Shown here one piece after another: positions 11,160 to 20,619 of a stretch of DNA of 31,861 bases; position 1 is the first letter of the stretch; each line of letters opens with the position of its first letter. Position numbers and translations under genes: made by a program. The stretch lies in NCBI RefSeq assembly GCF_004010195.1, contig NC_057718.1, positions 50,650,747 through 50,682,607 of the forward strand, written 5' to 3'. Below the pieces are notes generated by a model that was not told where the DNA came from, did not search any database, and was given only the letters and a program-made list of their open reading frames with translations. Source of the stretch: Chiloscyllium plagiosum (taxonomy: Eukaryota).

Positions 11160-12950
11160 AGAGACAGGCAAGGCTGGGGCCCATACGGGTGCCCATCGCT
11201 ACCCCTAAGGTCTGGATGAAGTGGGAGGATTCAAAGGAGAAATTGTTAAGGGTGAGGACCAGTTCAGCCAATCGAATGAGAGTGTCAGTGGAAGGGTACT
11301 GTTGGGGACGTCGGGAGAGGAAAAAAAAGGGGGGTTTAGAGGCCCTCGTCATGGCGGATGGAGGTGTAGTGGGATTGGATGTCCTTGGTGAAGATGAGGT
11401 GTTGGGGGCTGGGGAAACGGAAGTCTTGGAGGAATTGGAGGGCATGAGTGGTGTCTCAAACGTATGTGGGGAGTTCGTGGACTGGGGGGATAGGACAGTG
11501 TCGAGGTTGGTAGAGATGAATTTGGTGGGGCAGGAGCATGCTGAGACAATGGGTCGGCCAGGATGGTCAGGCTTGTGGATCTTGGGAAGGAGGTAGAACT
11601 GGGTGGTGCGGGGTTCCCAGACTATGAGGTTGGAAGCTGTGGGTGGGAGATCTCCTGAGGTGATGAGGTTCTGTATGGTCTGGGAGATNNNNNNNNNNNN
11701 NNNNNNNNNNNNNNNNNNNNNNNNNNNNNNNNNNNNNNNNNNNNNNNNNNNNNNNNNNNNNNNNNNNNNNNNNNNNNNNNNNNNNNNNNNNNNNNNNNNN
11801 NNNNNNNNNNNNNNNNNNNNNNNNNNNNNNNNNNNNNNNNNNNNNNNNNNNNNNNNNNNNNNNNNNNNNNNNNNNNNNNNNNNNNNNNNNNNNNNNNNNN
11901 NNNNNNNNNNNNNNNNNNNNNNNNNNNNNNNNNNNNNNNNNNNNNNNNNNNNNNNNNNNNNNNNNNNNNNNNNNNNNNNNNNNNNNNNNNNNNNNNNNNN
12001 GTGTGAGTGCAGTGGGGAGGGGGGGGGGATCCTGTGACTGGAGTGGGCCTGGCGGTAGGGGGAATGGGGGTGGAGTCATGAACGGGGTGATGTTCCCCTC
12101 AGGGTTCTGGGGAGCGGGGATGGTGACAGTGGGACCTGCGGAGGTTGGGGGGGGCGGGGAAATGTGTCGGCAGAATGCAGGTGAGTGGGGTGGAAGTGGT
12201 GGTGAACACGGCAGAAGGGGGGCAGAGGTCACTAAGCTTGTGACATCAGCGATGATGTGAGGGGCGGAAGTGATGTCATGTGTGGTGCATGAGGAATTGT
12301 GAGGGGCGGAAGTGACTGTGGAAATGGCCATGATGGGGCTCAAGTGACATCATTGATCACCCTGGGGATGGTAGCTGCACCAGCCGCATGGCTAATGGTG
12401 TCCGAGCAGTTCCAGAGGCCGGGGGAATCTTCTGGAATGTTTGAGGAGTGCTAGTTATGGAGGTGGGTGTATAAAAGTTTGTTGTACTTATAGTTTTTGA
12501 TGTTTGAGATGGTGTTGAAATACTGTTTGTTGAGAGTATGAATTCTCCTGAGGATGTAGTACAGAAGGGGTCCTTTGCAGTTTTGAGAGAATGTGGCCCT
12601 CAGCTGAGGCAGTGCTGACTGTAGAGAGGTTAGTGCCGGCGCATTCCTGCAAGTGTGGAGCGGAGGATCCTGAAGGAGAATCGTTGCTGGTGTTTTTGAG
12701 TCTGTAGTCTGTACTGTTTGTCCTGTTCGGGTCCAAACTCTGCTGGTTTAAAGGTGGTCCGGAGTTCATGTGGGATCAGTTGGTTACGGAGGCAGGCACT
12801 GAGGAAGCAAATATGGCTGTGGTAATGAGTCTGTTTCAAGACATGATTGAGGAGCTTCAGGGCAAAGGAGATGACCTGGGAGTTGCAGTGAGAGAGAGAC
12901 TCACTGAGATTCTTGTAGAGAGAGGAGGAGAACTTCTTCAAAGCAGGCAT
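11160..12950 (-). pseudogene. PLE ORF remnant (N-terminal domain, Pro-rich linker, RT up to motif B); no GIY-YIG domain present
   Basis: MPALKKF...HICFLSACLRNQLIP; FYLLPKIHKPDHPGRPIVSACSCPT at about 11525-11600; LAELVLTLNNFSF...GVAMGTRMGPS. Contains stops and frameshifts and is truncated at 11160. Confidence 0.9.
11689..12000. other. Assembly gap (312 N)
   Basis: Run of n characters. Confidence 1.
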
Positions 12951-13110
12951 CCTTGCAAGAGGATTCACAGTTAGGTTAAAATCAACTCGGTAAAAACAAG
13001 GACTGCAGATGCTGGAAACCCGAGTCTGGATTAGAGTGGTGCTTGAAAAGCACAGCAAGTCAGGCAGCATCCAAGGAGCTGGAAAATTGATGTTTCCTGA
13101 TTCATCAGGA

Positions 13111-13146
13111 TTCCTGATGAAAGGCTTTTGCCCAAAATGTCGATTT
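13111..13146 (+). ncRNA. Minimal type I hammerhead ribozyme motif, decayed
   Basis: CTGATGA (13114-13120), A, stem II AGGC-TTTT-GCCC, then AAAATGTC, which is GAAACGTC with two CpG-type transitions (one is G12A). Predicted cleavage after 13141. Confidence 0.75.
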
Positions 13147-13240
13147 TCATGCTCCTTCGATGCTGCCTGACTTGCTGTGCTTTTCCAGCACCACTCTAAT
13201 CCAGACTTGGGTTTCCAGCATCTGCAGTCCTTGCTTTTAC

Positions 13241-14867
13241 CTTTGGACCAACCCTTCCATGCTGTCCAGATATCCCAAAGCAATCTAATCCCAACTGCCA
13301 GCACCCAGCCATATCCCTCCAAACCCTTCCTATTCATATACTCACCGAAATGCATTTTAAATGTTGCAATTGTACTAGCCTCCACCACTTCCTCTGGCAG
13401 CTCATTCCATACACAAAACTCCATCTGCATGAAAAAGTTGCCCCTTAGGTTTCTTTTATATCTTTCCTTTCTCACCCTAAACCTATGCCCTCTAGTTCTG
13501 GACTCCCCGACCCCAGGGAAAAGACTTTGTTTATTTATCCTATCCATGCCCCTCATAATTTTGTAAACCTCTATAAGGGCACCCCTCAGCCTCTGACGTT
13601 CCAGAGAAAACAGCCCCAGCCTGTTCAGCCTCTCCCTATAGCTCAAATCCTCCAACCCTGGCAACATCTTTGGAAATCTTTTCTGAACCCTTCCAAGTTT
13701 CACAACATCTTTCCGATAGGAAGGAGACCAGAATTGCATATAATATTCCAACAGTTGCCTAACCAATGTCCTATACAGCCACAAGATGACCTCCCAACTC
13801 TAGTACTCAATACTCTGACCAATAAAGGAAAGCATACCAAATGCCTTCTTCACTATCCTATCAACCTGAGACTCCACTTTCAAAGAACTATGAACCTGCA
13901 CTCCAAGGTCTCTTTGTTCAACAGCACTCCCTAGGACCTTACCATTAAGCGTATAAGTCCTGATGAGATTTACTTTCCCAAACTGCAGCACCTCGCATTT
14001 ATCTGAATTAAACTTCATCTGCCACTTCTCAGCCCATTGGCCCATCTGGTCCAGATCCTGTAGGAATCTGAGATAACCCTCTTTGCTGTTCCTTCAATTT
14101 TGGTGTCATCTGCAAACATACTAACTATACCTCTTATGCTCACATCCAAATATTTTATATAAATGATGAAAAGTAGAGGACCCAGCACTGATCTTTGTGG
14201 CACAGGCCTCCATTCTGAAGAACAACCTTCCATCACCACCCTCTGCCTTCTACCTTTGAACCAGTTCTGTATCCAAATGGCTAGTTTTCCCTGTATTCTA
14301 TGAGATCTAACCTTGCTAACCAATCTCCTGTGAGGAACCTTATCGAACGCCTGACTGAAGTCCATATAGATCACATCTACCACTCTGCCCTCATCAATCC
14401 TCTCTGTTACTTCTTCAAAAAACTCAATCAAGTTTGTGAGACATGATTTCCCACCCATAAAGCCATGTTGACTATCCCTAATCAGTCCTTACCTTTCCCA
14501 ATACATGCACATCCTGTTCCTCAGGATTTCCTCCAACAACTTGCCCACCACCGAGGTCAGGCTCACCGGTTTATAGTTCCCTGGCTTGTCGTTACTACCC
14601 TTCTTAAACAGTGTCACCACGTTTGCCAACCTACAGTCTTCCGGCACTTCACCTGTAACTACCAATGATACAAATATCTCAGCAAGGGGCCCAGGAATCA
14701 GTTCCCTAGATTCCCAAAGAGTTCTCGGGTACACTTGACCAGGTCCTGGGGATTTATTCACCTTTGTGCATTTCCTCCTCTGTAATATGGCATTTTTCAA
14801 GATGTCACCATCTATTTCCCTACAATCTATATCTTCCATGTCCTTTGCCACAGGAAATACTGATGCA
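13241..14867 (-). mobile_element. 5'-truncated CR1 LINE (RT domain and 3' UTR)
   Basis: KPGNYKPVSLTSVVGKLLE, GKSCLTNLIEFFEEVT, DFSQAFDKVPH, FADDTKI, YRTLVRQLLEYYMQFWSP; frameshifted. Confidence 0.97.
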
Positions 14868-14892
14868 TTTTCTGTCCTGCCTCCATGGTTAT

Positions 14893-15006
14893 TCCCAAAA
14901 CGTCGATTTTGCTGCTCCTCAGATTGCTGCCTGAACTGCTGTGCTTTTCCAGCACCACTCTAATCTAGATTCTGGTTTCCAGCATCTGCAGTCCTTGTTT
15001 TTACCT
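14893..15006 (+). mobile_element. Solo PLE family B pseudo-LTR fragment
   Basis: cccaaaacgtcgatttt...gtccttgtttttacct is colinear with 13131-13241; retains only the 3' half of the HHR. Confidence 0.9.
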
Positions 15007-15632
15007 AAGCTCAATTACTTCCTAGTTGCAACAAACTTTGATATAATGCACTCATTGGAAGGCATGCAAATTACAGACTAAAGTGAAATTCTAGTTAAGA
15101 AAGAGTTCATTCTCCTATATAGGCCAATGCCACAAGCAAGCTTGAAGCCAATTTTGTACTAAGTGCTGAGTTCATGTAATTTACAAATAGAAACATCCGC
15201 AGGTGTAGTGATGAACTAGGTCCTAATCTCACCGAGTTGGTGACAAGACATTTCTCATCTTGGACTGCTTTATAAATCAAATGTATTCTGAATGGGAGTC
15301 TACGGACTCAAAACGTTAGATCTTATATTGTTTTGGCTAAATCTGAGTCATGTCAACATGTCTGGCGTGATTCTCGACTCAAAGCCCAGCAAGTTTTCTT
15401 GCAGTATCTTACCAAACTCGCTCATAATTACATATTATGCACTATGGCATCATGACATCCAATTTCCATCCATAGCTATACACTATCTCCGGAGCAAACT
15501 GCCAGTCAGCACATATCCCAGAATGCACTGACATGTGTTGTACCTGTGCCATCTTTAAAAGCCTGCTGTGCATTTGCTTAAGCATTGTCAGTGTGAAGAT
15601 GCCCTGCCTGATTCCTACTATTTGTCCCACAC

Positions 15633-15860
15633 ATGGTAGACAGGGGAAAGCAGTGCCTTTCTCTGTAGGCAGAGTCCTGGAGGTCCTTTTGGGTAGGATG
15701 GGGTCAGTATAGGACTTTCTCTTCCTCCATGATCAGCAGCGGAGATCACGCCAGATCATGCCAGCCAGGTCCAAGGTTGCTATCTTGATTCAAGCACTCT
15801 CTGTCATCTGAAGAAATGCTGAGGAAGTAGGAAGAAGATCAATGCTCTCTGCATCAAGGC
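15633..15860 (+). pseudogene. PIF/Harbinger-type Myb/SANT-like ORF remnant
   Basis: With frameshifts: GKAVPFS...LEVLL...FLF..DQQRRS...PARSKVA...ALSVI*RNA..RKKINAL (cf. PRF...LEVLV...AWxEVA...R...QCRKKxNDL). Confidence 0.5.
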
Positions 15861-15992
15861 TCATGCTGTACCACTTTCACTATTGTCTGTGATATCTTAT
15901 CTACTTGTCCCAATCCCTGACACGACAATGCCCTCTGTGCCATCTACTCAATTGCTCAGAACACTTCTGCGTCTTAAAGGGAACATGTTTAA

Positions 15993-16351
15993 AGGGGTGG
16001 TGGCATTATCATTAGACTGTTCATCCAGGGGTCCTGGGTTCAAATCCTGTCAAAGCAGATAATGGAACTTGAATTAAATTTTTAAAAATCTGGAATTAAG
16101 AATCTACTGATGACCATGAAACCATTATTGATTGTAAGGGGAAAACCAATCAGGCTCTCAAATTTCCTTCAGGAAAGGAAATATGCTGTCATCACCTGGT
16201 CTGGCCTACATATGACTCCAGACCCACAGCAGTGTGGTTGACTCAACTGCCCTCTGAAATGGCCTAGCAAGCCACTCAGTTCAAGGGCAGCTAGGGACAG
16301 GCAGTAAATCCAGGCCAGCCAGTGACCCCCATGTGCAACAAGTGAATAAAA
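15993..16351 (+). mobile_element. tRNA-derived SINE, second family (not HE1)
   Basis: B box ggttcaaatcc at 16037-16047; body homologous to 30486-30905 (reverse); tail shared with the LINE at 28058; ends tgaataaaa. Confidence 0.85.
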
Positions 16352-17216
16352 TGAAATAATAGTGCCATCCACAGAGACATAACCATTATCACTCAACTTC
16401 TCCACTCAAACTTCTTTGTTTCCCAATACTGCTCTCTAGTGGCTGGTGTGATTGGTGGGCAGAATGGCATTCAGATAGATTTTGTTGGTTGGTAGAGATG
16501 TGTGAGGCTTGTGAAGTGGGCAATTTGGGTGAGGCAGACGAGATGGGTAAATGGGAGAGGTGGATAGGTGTTAAAGTGAGTTTTTATGTGGTGGATCTGG
16601 CATATTCCAATCAAGTTGTAACAGAAGATGCAGTGGGGTGGGTGGTGTGGGGGTGACTGGCAGATAGTTGGGTAGTGGGACTAGTCAGTTTGGGCCAGGA
16701 CAGGGTAATCATTTGGTGGGGATTTAATGTGGTTGGGAAGCGTAATCAATGCTGTGATATTGCACTAAGAGTTGAGCATGCTAATGAAGCAGGGACCAGA
16801 ATAAGAACATGTGATCAGACTGCAGCAAAGCAGTTGTAACAGTATGCATGTATGCTTCTGTGGAATTGCATGTATTGAACTTCTGTAATTATTCTCTCTG
16901 ATGAGCAAACCTGTCTTAGATTTTCAAGCAAACTGTGCTGTTAACCAGCCCTGTATGAGAGTGATAGTTTTGTGAGAGGAAAATAACACAAGAAGCCTGC
17001 AGTTGTGTTAGGTCAGGAGGGGAAGTCAAGAGGTGGTCCTTTCTGGCCAGGAGTCTGTAATCAGGCGGTAGAGTATGAGTGAAATCTGAACACTGGTCAG
17101 GTCAGCTCTCAAGGGGTAATTTTTTGTTGGGGTTTCAGGGGCAGAAGGGTGGTTTGGCATGAGTTTGTGAGGGTAGCTGGTTTAGGTCAGAGAATATCAG
17201 GGGGTTGTCATGAGGG

Positions 17217-17279
17217 GATGATTTTCCTGCTCCTCGGATGCTACCTGACCTGTTGTGCTTTTCCAACACCATACTACTC
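17217..17279 (+). mobile_element. About 60-bp PLE family B micro-insertion with TSD
   Basis: gattttcctgctcctcggatgctacctgacctgttgtgcttttccaacacca matches 13142 onward; TSD ttgtcatgaggg (17205-17216) / ttgtcatggggg (17280-17291). Confidence 0.88.
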
Positions 17280-17756
17280 TTGTCATGGGGGTAGTCAAGT
17301 GGTCAGGTGTACTTGAGTTTCTAGGGCAGTAGTCAAGGGGTTAGTGTGAATGATTGGAATGTCAGCTCTGTAATTGTCCAAGAATCAAACTAGATATTTT
17401 TCTATCTAAGTTTTCCAAGATATGTACATGTTAAAGTACACCAGAACTAACATTAACTCAGAACTGGAGATACTTGTGAAGTGAGCAGAGGAACAGGGGA
17501 ATTATCCATGAACATGAAGACTTCCTGCAAAATTCCCACAGATGTTAACATTTGGGACTGCTGTAGGATCCCAATATCTAGAATGGGTCCATACATCCAG
17601 TCTCCAACAATCTGGAGACCAAGGTCAAAGACACTTGTAACAATTTCTAAAATTAAAAGTCAAATTTCCAGAATTAGATGAACTGTCTCTCTATCCCTGG
17701 AGTGAAATCAAGCCCAAGTATGTAGACTATTGTCCTCCGTATCGATACTGGCAATA

Positions 17757-18064
17757 GGCAGCACAATAGCTCAATGGTTAACACTGCTACCTCACAGTGA
17801 AAGGGATCCAGATTCAATTCCAACCTTGGGCAACTGTGTGAATGGAGTTTGCATGTTCTCACTGGGTCTGCATGGGTTTCCTCCCACAGTCCAAAGACAT
17901 GCAGGCTAGGTAAATTGGCCTTACTAAAATTGCCCAATATCATTCAGGAATGTGGAGTAGGCACAGGGTAAACGTCCATGCAGGGTATGGAGCTGGATAC
18001 TCTTCAGAAGGATGGTGTAGACTTGATGAGCTGAATGGCCTCTATCTGTACGGTAGGATCTATA
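17757..18064 (+). mobile_element. HE1-like SINE with a small internal deletion
   Basis: ggcagcacaatagctcaatggttaacactgctacctcacag...gattcaattcc...tggagtttgcatgttctc...cccacagtccaaagacatgcagg. Confidence 0.9.
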
Positions 18065-18554
18065 TATTATATTGGACAGTCAATAGTGATTGTCATTACT
18101 TAACAGCTATATTTAATGTCAATATGTTACCCCTTCACATATTCTTAATTTATCTCTTGCAAATGTTTATTTATGGTGGGATGCTCAGACAATAAAAAAA
18201 TTATCTTTTCTTGAAAGTGAAGATGATCATTATTCCGCCATACCAACGGGTGGGGAGATAGTGTAGAGGAATGGAAAACTATTTCAGAGACTCAGTCATG
18301 GACTGTATTGTTTTATTATTCAATTCTGGAGTGCTAGGAGGCTTGTGAGAATTCAGCCAATGTCATTATTCATGTGCTCAGTCAGTGGTCAGCTCTTTAT
18401 TCAGGTTGCTGGAGGCATCGTAGTTTGTTCCCATCTTCAGTCAATGTTCACACACTTGGGCTGTCTGACAGGGAATACTGGATGTCATTGGGAATGCAAA
18501 CCTGACTACTTCTTCCCCTCCAGGGGCCCGCTATTGAGTCACTCTTTCTTAAGC

Positions 18555-18830
18555 AGTAGCTTAGAATTGGGGATAACTTGCTTCCACTCTGGTTCAATGG
18601 ATTCTGACATGTCTGTTAATTCTAATGCATGATCTGCAGGCTCTGCCACATGCAAAGCAGGCAGAAGGTTTGAGAAGATGAGTTGTTGGGAGGCTTATAC
18701 ATTTTGTTTAACTTCACTCTTGCAAATTTCAGTGCAAGGATGTTGATGTGCTCAATGCTTTCCCAAATCAACCTATTTTTCTTAGTTGGCCAGGGAATCT
18801 CATGCATTGCGGGAAATGTTAAACCTCTTT
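18555..18830 (-). mobile_element. RTE-clade LINE 3' end remnant
   Basis: Minus strand about 18653-18594 reads ACGRACRSCIRINRHVRIH*, matching the RTE C-terminal CGRxCxSRIGLxSHxRxH motif, followed by a short 3' UTR. Confidence 0.7.
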
Positions 18831-18994
18831 AATTAAGATACTGACATTAGAATTAACAAGAGATGAACTGGTGATTCTGAGCTGGCAGCCCCCAATAATA
18901 ACTGCGAGGTCTGTTTACATCAGGATTGGGGCAAGTAGCAATTTGAGAGCGACATTCAAAATATGTTTTAGTGTAACACCAGCCCTGTGTTTTG

Positions 18995-19120
18995 CTGAAC
19001 TTGAAACTTTAACTCTGTTTTCCCTCCACAGATGCTGCCAGACCTGCTGAATTTCTCAGGTTCACCAGCAATTCCTGTTTTGATTCAGATCTTTAGCATC
19101 CACAGTTCTTTCATTGATAT
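18995..19120 (+). mobile_element. PLE pseudo-LTR fragment, third family (C)
   Basis: gaaactttaactctg (decayed GAAACGTT half of an HHR), then cagatgctgccagacctgctga...ccagca...agcatccacagttctt, distantly similar to family B. Confidence 0.7.
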
Positions 19121-19445
19121 TAAGAGTGTTTCCTAGTTTGTTTATTTTCATTTCTGTTATTAAACATTTTCGTTAGTTTTATTGTTAAAGCAGAAACTGC
19201 AACATTGCATACTTATCTTTCAGTATAACATTACCTTAATAAAACTAATATAAAATTAAAATAATGTGATCTAGCCAGCTAGGTTCCTGTTAGGAATCTA
19301 ACTTCTCCAGTATTCATGTTAACTGGACACTCCCCCGTAACATTTGGGACCATGTAATCATAGTAGGGACTTCATACTAATTTAACAATCCATCACTAGA
19401 TACTCGGAGCAGTGAGGAACCAAAGAGAGTCACCCTTCTCCACAG

Positions 19446-19563
19446 CTTTAATGCATTGTCTGAGCTGAGATGTCACCTTTTGTTCTAAACCTGTTGGACT
19501 ATAACCTGTATTGCATGATATCTAACTTTCTGCACCCCAGTCCAACATTTGCACCTCTACATC
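19446..19563 (+). mobile_element. Internally deleted PLE family A fragment
   Basis: gcattgtctgagctgagatgtcaccttt matches 3305-3332 and is joined directly to taaacctgttggactataac...cccagtccaaca (3560-3637). About 225 bp including the HHR is missing. Confidence 0.88.
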
Positions 19564-19674
19564 TTTAAATTTTGTACTTTTTAAAATTTGGAATGAAATG
19601 CTTAATTCCCAGGAAGTTACAAGGAAGGTTGTATATTTTGAAAGTGAGCAATTTGATGCCTATTGTGAACTCTG

Positions 19675-19776
19675 TTAAACATCTCACAACACGGGGTTAT
19701 AGTCCAACAAGTTTAATTGGAAGCACTATCTTTCGGAGCGTCGCTCCTTCGTCAGGTGATTGTGTGCTCTGTTTGG
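19675..19776 (-). mobile_element. PLE family A micro-insertion with perfect 15-bp TSD
   Basis: Colinear with 2419-2505; ctattgtgaactctg at both 19660-19674 and 19777-19791. Confidence 0.92.
19724..19758 (-). ncRNA. Minimal type I hammerhead motif, near intact
   Basis: Minus strand CAC-CTGACGA-A-GGAGC-GAC-GCTCC-GAAAG-ATA-GTG: core boxes intact, perfect 5-bp stem II, stem I CAC/GTG. Confidence 0.8.
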
Positions 19777-20424
19777 CTATTGTGAACTCTGCTTACTGTA
19801 GGTTCCAAAAATGTGCAGACAAACCAAAGTCGAGGGTTTGTTTACAAGTGAAGCCTGATTGAAATGTGGATTAGGAGCCAGGTATCAATGACAAAAGTCC
19901 TCTTCCTACCAACAAATACGTGATTGGTTATCAAGTAGCTAATCAGCTTCTTGTGTGAATAAGTTAGATATGCATAAATTAGCCTTTTTATCAGTAAAAC
20001 AGCCACCTATTCCTCTTGTAAGCAGTGGAAGTATTCAGAAAAGGAAAGTCAAAGGAGAAATATTCAGATCAGCAAGAATCAACCCATCAGGTCTTGCAAA
20101 TAAAATTGATATTTCCAGTTTTTCCTACATCTGTGTATATTTTTTTTCCTTCTTATGTATATCCACATGTGTACAAGTGGGAGTTTCTCAGAGGTTTAGA
20201 GTTTTAAATTTAAGAGTTTAATTCATTTAATGTACTTAATTAGCTGTAGCTAGTATCTAATTACCTATAATAAATAGCAGTTCTTGTGAAATACAAAAAC
20301 CTGATCTGCACTTTCTATCAATCTGGGTCTGAAATTCAGCTCTTTTGGAATTTTATGTTTTTTTTTAAAATCTTTAATTTCTGTGATGACTGCAGAATTG
20401 CAGAACTGGATTTCCATTACACTA

Positions 20425-20569
20425 GTCGAGAGTGTGGTGCTGGAAAAGCACAGCAGGTCAGATAGCATCTGAGGAGCAGGAGAATCGACGTTTCGGGCAA
20501 CAGACCTTCATTAGGATTCCAGCACCACACTTTTGACTCTGATCTTCAGCATCTGCAGTCCTCCCTTTC
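20425..20569 (+). mobile_element. Mini PLE family B hairpin insertion
   Basis: Antisense arm 20425-20516 includes the HHR; sense arm 20517-20569; TSD ttccattacacta (20412-20424) / ttccagtacacta (20570-20582). Confidence 0.9.
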
Positions 20570-20619
20570 TTCCAGTACACTACCTCAGTGAGTCATGGCA
20601 ATAGTCCATGACCCACAAT

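Larger units (their letters stand above)
11160..13240 (-). mobile_element. Penelope-like retroelement (family B): terminal hairpin plus 5' half of the ORF
   Basis: PLE ORF remnants, inverted pseudo-LTRs at 12989-13241, and TSD ctttggttcaaccc (11146-11159) / ctttggaccaaccc (13241-13254). Confidence 0.9.

Noticed and set aside
13111..15006. LTR-retrotransposon-like layout: direct repeats (13131-13241, 14894-15006) flanking an RT
   Set aside because: The RT is CR1-type, the left repeat belongs to the TSD-bounded PLE inserted in the CR1 tail, the repeats differ at several sites, and there is no PBS, PPT or shared TSD.
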